In this document: positions 41,460-49,648 of the stretch, in pieces | Layout: every line of letters begins with the position of its first letter | Numbering within the stretch: the first letter of the stretch is position 1 | The notes under the pieces: model-generated | Told to the model about the DNA's origin: nothing | The model's database searches: none | The model's input: only the letters and a program-made list of their open reading frames with translations | IMG/VR virus record: IMGVR_UViG_3300008997_000047 | Source of the DNA: a virus | Strand: one strand, 5' to 3' | Length of the DNA: 55,812 nucleotides | Made by a program: the position numbers and the translations under genes

Positions 41460-41750
41460 CTAAAACAATAGCCCAAGGGCTGAAAAGAAAAGCGCGACAT
41501 AGGCAATGAGTTGCCCGTGTCGCGCTTCTTTGTATGCGGTGCGTAGCTCTGTCCGCTTCACCTTGTAGTCGAAGTGCCAGCCAGGAGAATAGTTGGGGAT
41601 ACGCTCGAAGAAGTCAGGACACTCGCGCTTGTTGAACACCTCCTGGTTGGTGAGGCGTGTCTGATACCACAGGCACACTCCCCCGAAGGTCTTCTCCTTG
41701 TGGTCAACCGGGTATGGCTGCCACAGCCCGCATCTACCACACCGGGCCAT
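41460..41750 (-). CDS. CxxC zinc-ribbon protein with hydrophobic C-terminus; last gene of the leftward replication block
   Basis: 96 aa. MARCGRCGLW...C...C. Its stop abuts the stop of 41253..41459 with zero spacer. Confidence 0.55.
   Translation of the reverse strand: MARCGRCGLWQPYPVDHKEKTFGGVCLWYQTRLTNQEVFNKRECPDFFERIPNYSPGWHFDYKVKRTELRTAYKEARHGQLIAYVALFFSALGLLF
41492..41533. terminator. Bidirectional intrinsic terminator between the convergent blocks
   Basis: GCGCGACA-ta-GGCAA-tgag-TTGCC-cg-TGTCGCGC hairpin. Followed by TTCTTTGT on plus and by TTTTCTTTTC on minus. Embedded in the 3' end of 41460..41750. Confidence 0.65.
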
Positions 41751-41884
41751 TACTCCTCCCCAAAGTTATCGGGATTCATGCCAGCGGCGAGGTCGGCCAT
41801 AGCTTCGAGACTCGCGGTCAGTCGTCCTATCGGTGTGTCCTGTACGAAGCCCCGCTCGACCCCTCGTTCTACAATGTCCGGCAC
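41750..41884 (-). CDS. Possible 44-aa ORF (VPDIVERGVERGFVQDTPIGRLTASLEAMADLAAGMNPDNFGEE)
   Basis: Translated by hand. The only frame here with a protein-like composition. TAATG overlap with 41460..41750, whose RBS GGGGAGGAG it contains. GTG start is weakly supported. Confidence 0.3.
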   Translation of the reverse strand: MPDIVERGVERGFVQDTPIGRLTASLEAMADLAAGMNPDNFGEE

Positions 41885-42102
41885 CCCGGAGTAGAGAGCC
41901 TCCTTCCATATCCATCACGCGCTCCTCAAGTCTGTAAAAAGAGTTTGAGAGAGCCGAGCGTCCTCCCCCGGATTGGGGAGGAGCGCCCACGCTCAATGCC
42001 AGTGGCGTATTCTTTGGAGACCTCCCGGCAGCCGGAAGTCTAAGGAGGGAGCAAGAGCCTACACGCCCACCACTCTCGGGGCTCTTACCCTCGAACATAC
42101 GC

Positions 42103-42435
42103 CTAATCCGCAGAATGAATACCGAGAGTAGTTATCTTTAGTTCCAGGTAGGCGACCCGAGCCTCCAAATCTCGGATACGCCGTGCTTGGGCTTCTGCAT
42201 CGCCCACCTCAAGCGGGATGGCGTTGACACGCCATGACCCCCGCTTGGGCTGGGAGAGCAAACCCTTGGTTTGAAGAGCCCCGAGCACAGATCGGATGCG
42301 ATTCCGGCTGTAGCAAGTGGTGTCTTTGTATATGAGGAGTGCGATGTTCGCGGTCGTCCCTTCGAAGTTGTCATAGAACCAGTCCATGACGGTATTCTGG
42401 AGAGTCCCTGGCCGCACCCCGGCCCAGACAGCCAT
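42103..42435 (-). CDS. Winged-helix-like DNA-binding protein
   Basis: ORF is open to 42525. ATG 42435 after GAAGGAAAGAAC. IALLIYKDTTCYSRNRIRSVLGALQTKGLLSQPKRGSWRV resembles HTH plus wing. C-terminal coiled coil. Confidence 0.5.
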   Translation of the reverse strand: MAVWAGVRPGTLQNTVMDWFYDNFEGTTANIALLIYKDTTCYSRNRIRSVLGALQTKGLLSQPKRGSWRVNAIPLEVGDAEAQARRIRDLEARVAYLELKITTLGIHSAD

Positions 42436-42466
42436 GTTCTTTCCTTCGGTGGAGTATCTCTCCGAC

Positions 42467-43816
42467 TCATACGATTTCCAAAGGGTGGCCTTCCTTGCGG
42501 GACAGGCTGATGTAGGTCCATGCACCCCGTGTACGTCCCCGGGGTTTCACTGTGCTCATAACGAGCACTTGGCAAGGAGCCTTCTCAAGAACAGCCATTG
42601 TCTTCGCCAAAGTCGCTGCATCCCACATGCGGTCATCGACTACGAGCAGAGAGTCGTCGCCGTCGGACAACGCCGCCGCCATCGCTGCAATCACCCGGGC
42701 TTCCGTCGAGCCCGAAAGGGCTGTGTGGAGTGTTCCGAAGTCGGTCGCAGTCATCCCTTTCCGGAGCCCGATGACCAGCTTGCCATCATCGACGTGGAAG
42801 TAGAGACTTTCTCCTTTGGGCAAGTACGAAGACGCCTTCTTCTGGAACTTGGCGACTCCTCCACTGGTGTTCAGGTCTTTCTGCATGATTTCCAGGATTT
42901 GCTCCTGCAAGTCTTTGAGAAGAGCGTTCTGCTTCTTCGCCATCGCCTCTCCACGTTTGGCTACAGTGCCGACTTTGAGGAGACGCCGATGGAGAAGAAC
43001 CTCACCAATAGTCGTCCTCACTGTCTCGGTCTCGGGGATGCGAGTCACAGCTTCCTGCCCGCCCAACTGCTCCACCAAGTGACGGAGAGTGTTTGGTGCG
43101 TGGGTTGCCGGGTCACGCTTGTTCTCCAAGTACAGGGCCCGAAGCAAATCCCGAGCGTGAGCACGCTCCAGACTATCCCACAAACCCGCAATCTCGTCAT
43201 CGGTGACCTCACGGATCGAGCCCAGGGATTCCAGGGCAATGATGCTTGCCTTCACTGCGGCGCTCTGCTCTCGTCTCGCAGACCCAAGCTTCGTGAGCAA
43301 AACCGAAAGATCAGACAGTTCGGAACTGTCCGACCAGTTTTGATCTAAGAGTCCGTGCAAATCTTCGTCGACTCGTGTCTGCTTCAGCCTTTCTTTGTTT
43401 TTGGGCTCGCATAGACGATGCCAGAAGAACTTAGCCTTGGTCTCTTCGCTCCCGGCGAGCACAGCGTGAAGCTCTGCGACAGACAGACCTACTCCGTTTG
43501 GGCCTGTCCGAACCGGACGCTTCCCTCCGTGCAGGACCCAGCTACATTCCTGCCCGTCGTCGAGAGAGGCGACGGCGTATGCTTTCTCCTCCCCGGGCGG
43601 AATCAAAGCGGAGAGCAAGTCGCCGCCCTTCACGGGCTTGTCTCGGTAGAGAAGCCCGAAGGCTGCCCCCGTCCGAGCAAGCTCTGCCGCCTCTGCGATG
43701 GCGCTCTTGCCCGCTTCGTTGTCTCCGATGAGAACAGTGTTCTTGCCCAGGGTGACTGTGTAGTCCTCCCCGTCTGGGCTCTTGATGTTGGTGGTCAGTT
43801 GTTCGATAAAGCTCAT
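42467..43816 (-). CDS. SMC/RecF/ABC-type ATPase with helical insert
   Basis: ORF is open to 43909. ATG 43816 after CCAAGGAGAAACAGA. Walker A GDNEAGKS near the N-terminus. LSGSTEAR signature and LLVVDD Walker B near the C-terminus. 449 aa. Confidence 0.7.
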   Translation of the reverse strand: MSFIEQLTTNIKSPDGEDYTVTLGKNTVLIGDNEAGKSAIAEAAELARTGAAFGLLYRDKPVKGGDLLSALIPPGEEKAYAVASLDDGQECSWVLHGGKRPVRTGPNGVGLSVAELHAVLAGSEETKAKFFWHRLCEPKNKERLKQTRVDEDLHGLLDQNWSDSSELSDLSVLLTKLGSARREQSAAVKASIIALESLGSIREVTDDEIAGLWDSLERAHARDLLRALYLENKRDPATHAPNTLRHLVEQLGGQEAVTRIPETETVRTTIGEVLLHRRLLKVGTVAKRGEAMAKKQNALLKDLQEQILEIMQKDLNTSGGVAKFQKKASSYLPKGESLYFHVDDGKLVIGLRKGMTATDFGTLHTALSGSTEARVIAAMAAALSDGDDSLLVVDDRMWDAATLAKTMAVLEKAPCQVLVMSTVKPRGRTRGAWTYISLSRKEGHPLEIV

Positions 43817-44064
43817 TCTGTTTCTCCTTGGGCATTGAGAGCCCTCTTGTAGAGGGCGGCGAGTGCCATGCCATTGACACGGCTGGGGTTGGATTTCCCA
43901 TTGCGCCATCTCTGGACGCTCTGGGCGCTGGGGTTGATGCCCCCCAAGTGCTGCCCCATCCCGACGGCGATGGCTTCATCGGAGAAACCCGCCTCCCGAA
44001 GTTGGGCCAGCAGTTGGGCTGCACTGATTTGAGCTTGGACTCTCTCGTCAAGAGTTACGGACAT
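43813..44064 (-). CDS. XRE/Cro-type HTH protein
   Basis: ATG 44064 after TGGAGGTGCCCA. LREAGFSDEAIAVGMG...SVQRWRNGKSNPS matches the HTH_3 pattern. ATGA overlap with the ATPase. Confidence 0.6.
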   Translation of the reverse strand: MSVTLDERVQAQISAAQLLAQLREAGFSDEAIAVGMGQHLGGINPSAQSVQRWRNGKSNPSRVNGMALAALYKRALNAQGETE

Positions 44065-44530
44065 TGGGCACCTCCAGGGGCAGTTTGAGTTGAGTAGATT
44101 CTTGGGGGGGTTCCCACAAGTCAAGAGTAAAGCCGCCCTGCCAATCCTCCGGGTCATGTTGGTGGATTCCAACGACCTTCTTGAGCGTGCCCTCGTCGAA
44201 GAGAATGACAGGACGGCCTACAGTGAGTGCCGCTTCAACAATCTGGGCTGTTGCACGGCCAACGGTTTCGCTGGGCACAACGATCATGTCGTAGTGCCGC
44301 TTCAAGGTAATGGAATCCTTGCGGGAAACAATCCCCTCAGCCCAGGCATCCCAATCACCTTTGAAGTGTAGCTTGTGGTCATCCCTCCCAGGAACCACTG
44401 ATACTTTTATTGGATGCCCTGCCTTCTCCCCTCGGGCTCGAAGGAGTCCTCGAAGCTCCTTTGATGCGGCGTCAATGCCGTCGCTGGATAGCCCAGCGGG
44501 GTGGCCGAAAAACACTCTGATTCTACTCAT
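44048..44530 (-). CDS. Flavodoxin-fold protein of the TIR / nucleoside 2-deoxyribosyltransferase-like assemblage (tentative)
   Basis: 160 aa. ATG directly follows the polymerase stop (TAAATG). RVFFGHP strand, then MIVVPSETVGRATAQIVEAALTVGRPVILF, reminiscent of TIR-like/NDT-like families. Confidence 0.35.
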   Translation of the reverse strand: MSRIRVFFGHPAGLSSDGIDAASKELRGLLRARGEKAGHPIKVSVVPGRDDHKLHFKGDWDAWAEGIVSRKDSITLKRHYDMIVVPSETVGRATAQIVEAALTVGRPVILFDEGTLKKVVGIHQHDPEDWQGGFTLDLWEPPQESTQLKLPLEVPNVRNS

Positions 44531-47074
44531 TTAGACCTCCGTCCACCGATACCCGGTGGCTCCTTCTGCGGTGTAGGTAAGCAACGCCCCGGTCTTTCTA
44601 CGCCGAGTCATCGCAGCCCCAAGAGCAGCCGCCGCAGCTTCGGCTTTCTCTTCGGGCACTTCCAAATAAAGAGCATCGTGTCCATGATTGATGAGCCATT
44701 CGAGGGGCATCACCACCCCCGGGCTTTCAACAGCTTCCGTGGCGAACCAATCTTGTATTCCGTAGAACAGTTCAATCATCGCCTCGTGGACGATATGGAC
44801 TCCTCCTGCTTGAATCCCGTGGTTCACCAGTTCGTTCAGCTTGTCCTCATTTCGGAAGTAGCGTCGTCGATCCCAGAACGAATCTCCAATGAAACCCTCC
44901 CTTCGGTAGCGGCTTTCAACCTTACGCCACCATCTGGGGATTTCTGGGTCGGCACGCTTTAGACCTTCGATGACTTGGCGAATGTCCTCTACTTGCATGT
45001 GAGAGAAAATGAGGTTGCCCTCGTCATCCTCGACGGACACGACTTGTTCGTGGATACGCTTCACGGATGCTGCGTACTGCCACGCATACCGGACGTTCTT
45101 GGTGATGTCTCGGGTTGCTTTGAACTGGCCTTTCCCCTTAGCTCTTCGGTCTTCGGGAGCGCCGTCCAAGCCCCACACCTCGGGCCCGTAGATGACTTCC
45201 ATCGTTTCATTGTGCGGGTCCAGGTTGTCGTTGATGATGCGGAGTGAGTTCATCGCCTGGGCTTCTTCTGCGATGAGGCGCATTTCCAACTGGTCCATGT
45301 CTGCCCCAACCAGTAGGTGCCCAGGGCGAGCGACGTACATGTCCCTGATAGAGTAGGGCTGGTTCTGCATGTTTGGATTGCTCGACGAGTAGCGCCCTGT
45401 TTTGGGTAGCCGGTTGTAGGATGGGTGTACACGGTTGACCGTTGTTCCCATGAGCGGACGGATGTATGTGCCCAAGAGTTTGCTCGCCTTGCGAAAAGCC
45501 CGAACGGAGTTGATGAAGTGGACCTTCTCCTCGTCCAGCCCGTAGTGGATGAGCATCGCCCGGAGCGTTGTGTCGTCTGTGGAAGGGTCGCCCGTCTTCT
45601 CCGAGTAGTGGTGAGGAGCAAGACCCCAATCTTTGAAGAGCAGCTTTGCCATTTGCTGGGTGCTTTGTGGGTTGAACTTCTCCCCACCGATGCTGTGGCA
45701 CTCCGCGAGGTGGTGCTTAGCCCTCTGTTCAAGCAGGAGGCTTTTCTCCTCAAGACGCTCTCGATCCAGGTGCATCCCGTTCGACTGCATGACTGTGCCC
45801 AACGCCTGGAGCATGTGCTCTCTGGGCAGAAGGTGTGTCTGCCGACGGTTCTTCACGTCTCGGGCAAGAGGGGTAGCGATTCGAGCAGTGACGCAGGCAT
45901 CCTTCCCGCAATAGACATGAAGCTCTCGGTTGGTCTTCGCCTCGGTTGCGGTGTGGTCAGCCTTCCAGGCTTCCGGGTTGTCGGTGTAGAAGGAGCCGAC
46001 AAAACCAAGACCGTGGGGGAGTTCGTTGTCTGCCAAGAGGTGCAGAAGCAGCGTATCTGCCGCGAGGTTGGGTGTTTGGCCGAGCCACTGTTCGCACACA
46101 AGACGGTCATACTGGCCCGCGTTGTGGCCTAAGATCGAAAGCTCGCTACATAAAATGTCGCGAACCATTTCTTTGATTTGCTTCTCCTGGGCTGGAGGCA
46201 TGAGAGCCTCGCCTTGGATGCCCAGGGTAGGGATGACGAGTGCCTCGTCCTCGTTGCTGATGGCAATGCACCGGACGTTGGCGGTCATCGGATCAATCGA
46301 ATCCGTCTCAACATCGTATGCGAGGGGAGCCCCCAGCGTCCGGAACCGCCGAAGCTGTTGGAAGACCTTGCCCGGATCGTTCGTGATTACGATCCGTGGT
46401 TCTATCCACTGGAGACTCCCGTTGAAGAACCTAAATGCTTTCCGAAGATCGTGCTGGAAAACTTCGCGATATGCGGGCATCTGAAGGACGAACGAGGGGT
46501 GAATAGTATACGCAACCCTAAGTGTGACCTTGGAATCCCAAGGGGCAGGCACCTCTTCACATCCTCCCCGAATGCCCATGATGGAGAAATCGCCACCACG
46601 GATAGCCTTTGTGGCAGTCTTCCCTAAACACACGATATTTTTTATACCAGTTTGCCTAAGCTCCTGGAGCAGCCTGCCACGGCACGCTGCTGCCGGGCGA
46701 AGGATTTGTTCTGCGGTGGGATTATCCCGCCGGAGTTTGCGGTTGGCCCGGGCGACCATGATGTTCGCCGCTTCCAAGTCGTTCTTGGGTGGGCGGCATT
46801 GAAGAGCGTTGGTGATGTGGCACAAGTCCCGACGAATGTTCAAGGCGTCCAGGGCTCGCTGGAGTTCCATTCCACCCGGGCCAACGAAGGGCCTCCCTTC
46901 CATGACCTCGTGAGTTCCGGGTGCCTCACCTATGAGAATCACCTTGTCGTGCGGATGCTTCTCCGGGCCGACCGGATCTCCGGTGTCGGCCGTGCGGAGT
47001 GGGCACCGCGCACAGCGAGGGGATGCCCCCCCTCCCGAAGGAGAGGGGGCCGGGTTTGTGACACACCCCTGCAT
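44531..47074 (-). CDS. Family A DNA polymerase with 3'-5' exonuclease and N-terminal family-4 UDG-like domain
   Basis: UDG-like CARCPL and LIGEAPGTHE..GRPFVGPGG. Exo motifs YDVETD, GHNAGQYD, YCGKDA. Pol motif A VGADMDQLEMRLIA. Motif B K..VRYAWQYAAS. Motif C GHDALYLEV. Confidence 0.9.
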   Translation of the reverse strand: MQGCVTNPAPSPSGGGASPRCARCPLRTADTGDPVGPEKHPHDKVILIGEAPGTHEVMEGRPFVGPGGMELQRALDALNIRRDLCHITNALQCRPPKNDLEAANIMVARANRKLRRDNPTAEQILRPAAACRGRLLQELRQTGIKNIVCLGKTATKAIRGGDFSIMGIRGGCEEVPAPWDSKVTLRVAYTIHPSFVLQMPAYREVFQHDLRKAFRFFNGSLQWIEPRIVITNDPGKVFQQLRRFRTLGAPLAYDVETDSIDPMTANVRCIAISNEDEALVIPTLGIQGEALMPPAQEKQIKEMVRDILCSELSILGHNAGQYDRLVCEQWLGQTPNLAADTLLLHLLADNELPHGLGFVGSFYTDNPEAWKADHTATEAKTNRELHVYCGKDACVTARIATPLARDVKNRRQTHLLPREHMLQALGTVMQSNGMHLDRERLEEKSLLLEQRAKHHLAECHSIGGEKFNPQSTQQMAKLLFKDWGLAPHHYSEKTGDPSTDDTTLRAMLIHYGLDEEKVHFINSVRAFRKASKLLGTYIRPLMGTTVNRVHPSYNRLPKTGRYSSSNPNMQNQPYSIRDMYVARPGHLLVGADMDQLEMRLIAEEAQAMNSLRIINDNLDPHNETMEVIYGPEVWGLDGAPEDRRAKGKGQFKATRDITKNVRYAWQYAASVKRIHEQVVSVEDDEGNLIFSHMQVEDIRQVIEGLKRADPEIPRWWRKVESRYRREGFIGDSFWDRRRYFRNEDKLNELVNHGIQAGGVHIVHEAMIELFYGIQDWFATEAVESPGVVMPLEWLINHGHDALYLEVPEEKAEAAAAALGAAMTRRRKTGALLTYTAEGATGYRWTEV

Positions 47075-47077
47075 CAC

Positions 47078-47632
47078 TTACCCTTCCAGCAGGAAGTCGA
47101 AGTTCTCTTCCGAGGATGCTGCGGGCGCAGCAACCGCTTTCCCGTTGCTCCCGTTGGTGGGCGCAGCAGCTTCCACCTGGAAGTCCGAAGACACAGGCTT
47201 GCTGGTGGCGCTCACAATCTGCTCGAACTGTGCCTTCTGGTAAAAGCGATAGCGGGGGTAGCTCCCCTCCACGCGACGACCGTTGTCTTCCAACTCGGGC
47301 GGGGTGTAGTTGAAGAACACCGGACGGTTGACCACCTTGTCCATGGGCAACTTCATGGAACCGCTCATCTTGTCCTCGGGGATTCCAGCGGAGACGAGGA
47401 AGCCCATGAGGAAAGCGAGGCCGTTCCCGGACAGGTTGAAGCTCTCCCGGTGACGGATGCCGTCGGTGATCATGTAGACATACAGACGGCCAGCGTTGTC
47501 TTCGTACTGGCGGGTTTCAAGGACAGTACCGGTGTGGAACCCCTCGGTGAGGTAGCCCAGGGATGAGCCGCCTGCGGGAGTCGTGCCGGTGAAGTCCACG
47601 GTGATGGTGGGGTTGATGATTTCAGAGGACAT
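47078..47632 (-). CDS. ssDNA-binding protein (putative, T7 gp2.5-like logic)
   Basis: 184 aa. Lies directly upstream of the polymerase. Flexible A/S/P tail ending in acidic-aromatic EENFDFLLEG. RBS AAGGAGCACTAAATC. Confidence 0.45.
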   Translation of the reverse strand: MSSEIINPTITVDFTGTTPAGGSSLGYLTEGFHTGTVLETRQYEDNAGRLYVYMITDGIRHRESFNLSGNGLAFLMGFLVSAGIPEDKMSGSMKLPMDKVVNRPVFFNYTPPELEDNGRRVEGSYPRYRFYQKAQFEQIVSATSKPVSSDFQVEAAAPTNGSNGKAVAAPAASSEENFDFLLEG

Positions 47633-47765
47633 GATTTAGTGCTCCTTGTAGATACACACGTTGTTGGTTTGCTGTTCTCCCAAAGGGAGGGGGGGATGGA
47701 GAGCCAGCCAGGACTTGAGAGGAAAAAGCATAAAAAACCCAAGTCCCAGCCGACCCCCCAAAACT

Positions 47766-48701
47766 CTAAGCGAATAGCTCCTCGTCGTCGGTTGGCAGGG
47801 CAAAGGTTTGCGCGATGCCGACGTTCTGGTGATGGATGAGGATGGCCCGGTGAAGTGCGTCCTGCATCGCCCACCTGACGTGGGGAACAGGGTGCTCTCC
47901 TCGGAGGGCTCCGAATGCTTTCTGGATGATGGTCGGCCAGTTCTCAATCCCGTCTTCCAGGATCTTGTCGGACAGTTTTTCAACCACCTTGGGCATCCAC
48001 TCCATCCCCGGGGGATATGGGATGGGGTAGCCTGCATGGCGCAGTCCTTCGGCAATGTTCATGGGAGCCATGCCCGGGAAGACTCCAAGCCTGTCGCCAC
48101 ACACGTAGTCGGGCTGGGGCTCGAAGCACAGTTGATACTTCCATGGGGCAGCGGTCGCCTCGAACATGGCTCGGCCAATCACGTCTACCATCCCACTGAA
48201 CTTCTCGGGCAGTTGCCCAGGAAGAGCGGGGCCACCACGGATGAACTTGCCACTGCTTGTGCGGGGCGGTTGCTCGTGGCAGTTGAAGATGACGACGGTG
48301 CCACGCTCGGTTGCTTCCCGGGCTGCATCCCTGATTTCAAGCACGTCCCTGGTCAGGGCGCTCCACATATTGGAGCGTCCTTTGGTCGCCTCGTACTCGT
48401 TGATGGTGGACTCGACCACAAGGGAGAAGTCATCCATCACAATCGAGGGGGGCCGAGATGTCCCAGAGCCCAACAAGCTTTTGATCTGCGCCGTTGCCTC
48501 GGGCACCAGCTTGGCTGGACGAATGTCCAGGTTCTTGATGCCCAAGAACTGGCGGGCGGACATGAGCCCAGAGGGGCTCCCGATGAATGCTCCCGTGGAA
48601 CCAGCCGCAGCCGACGCTACAGTTTTACCAGCCTTGCTGGGCCCATAGAGGCAGATGAAGACTCCCGGCATAGCCGGAGCCTTTCCGTTTGATTTGCTCA
48701 C
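47766..48701 (-). CDS. AAA_24/Sak4-like RecA-fold ATPase
   Basis: 311 aa. Walker A LYGPSKAGKT, Walker B-like SIVMDDFS. Sits in the recombination neighbourhood. GTG start after TAGGAG. Confidence 0.65.
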   Translation of the reverse strand: MSKSNGKAPAMPGVFICLYGPSKAGKTVASAAAGSTGAFIGSPSGLMSARQFLGIKNLDIRPAKLVPEATAQIKSLLGSGTSRPPSIVMDDFSLVVESTINEYEATKGRSNMWSALTRDVLEIRDAAREATERGTVVIFNCHEQPPRTSSGKFIRGGPALPGQLPEKFSGMVDVIGRAMFEATAAPWKYQLCFEPQPDYVCGDRLGVFPGMAPMNIAEGLRHAGYPIPYPPGMEWMPKVVEKLSDKILEDGIENWPTIIQKAFGALRGEHPVPHVRWAMQDALHRAILIHHQNVGIAQTFALPTDDEELFA

Positions 48702-48738
48702 GATTTACTCCTACACACAGATTTAGAACACTAACACA

Positions 48739-49584
48739 CTATCGAAGACCGAACTGACATTGCTCAAAAGCAGAGCACTGGCCGTACTTACCAAAGCAAG
48801 TCTGGTTGTTCAGGGCCATGGGGAAGCCAGATAGCTTGCCGCTCTCACCGTATTTCTGAATCAAACGCTCAGCGTTGATGACAGTGTCGGTGAAGTTCTT
48901 GAGCGCAGCAGGCGCGGGCTCCAGGGCCCGGCGGTCGAAGTCATGGGGATGGGCAAGCTTGATGCGGTTGACGATGACACCCGCGAAACGCTCGCCATAC
49001 TTGGCCCGGCCAAACATTTGGTAGCCCAAGAACTGTCCGTCCAGGATGTGCTGCCGGAGGGTCTTGGACACGATGCGGTAGCAGGATTTGTGGTCAACAA
49101 TCCACACGCGCTCGTGCTCATCCTCAACAACGAGGTCGGGCCGCTGGGTGTAGAGAAACTTTTCGCCCCCCAACCGGGCTCGCATTTCCTCCTCTACTTC
49201 AAGCACCTTCCACTTCTCGGCGCTCCAGTTTTGCCGGTACTCATAGTAAGCAGCTATGACATTTCCATGGTTCTGTTCCCACAGCTTGGACTGGTCGGCA
49301 TTCTTTTCTGCGAGCGCCATGACTGCGTGCTCGGGATGTTTCCAAACATTCGGGTCTGTGCCCTGCTGGCGACATTGCAGCCGCTTGTAGTGGTGGGCAA
49401 GGGCCAAGTGAATCAGTGTGCCGGACACCAAGGGACTGCTTGTCTTGAACTCCAAGCCTTCGATATGCCTCAAAGCATAGAGCCTGGGACAGCGGAGCAC
49501 TGATTCGATGCGGTGCCAACCGCGCTCGGATGGCCCGGTGTAAAGCATCGCACCCTGATCGGGTGTGAGGGGGGTCGGTTGCAT
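48739..49584 (-). CDS. Cas4-like PD-(D/E)XK exonuclease with Fe-S cysteines
   Basis: 281 aa. N-terminal Cys (RCPRLYAL), D...IVDHKS catalytic core, QFLGYQ (QxxxY), C-terminal CFGKYGQCSAFEQC. Confidence 0.8.
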   Translation of the reverse strand: MQPTPLTPDQGAMLYTGPSERGWHRIESVLRCPRLYALRHIEGLEFKTSSPLVSGTLIHLALAHHYKRLQCRQQGTDPNVWKHPEHAVMALAEKNADQSKLWEQNHGNVIAAYYEYRQNWSAEKWKVLEVEEEMRARLGGEKFLYTQRPDLVVEDEHERVWIVDHKSCYRIVSKTLRQHILDGQFLGYQMFGRAKYGERFAGVIVNRIKLAHPHDFDRRALEPAPAALKNFTDTVINAERLIQKYGESGKLSGFPMALNNQTCFGKYGQCSAFEQCQFGLR

Positions 49585-49648
49585 TGGTCTTTCCTACTTG
49601 TAGTGTAGCATGGGGTATAGGCACCCGCAAGTCAAGTGCCCATATAGT

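Noticed and set aside
41766-42098. 110-aa minus-strand ORF filling the gap after the winged-helix gene.
   Set aside because: Its composition (R, G, S, P runs such as RTRGRAGLRTGHTDRTTDRESRS) looks like an off-frame translation. A different frame gives a more protein-like but much shorter peptide.
43813-44064. The XRE/Cro-like HTH as evidence for a temperate lifestyle.
   Set aside because: There is no integrase, excisionase, CI-like repressor with a peptidase domain, attP-like site or partition genes anywhere in the 55.7-kb unit. An HTH alone is not diagnostic.
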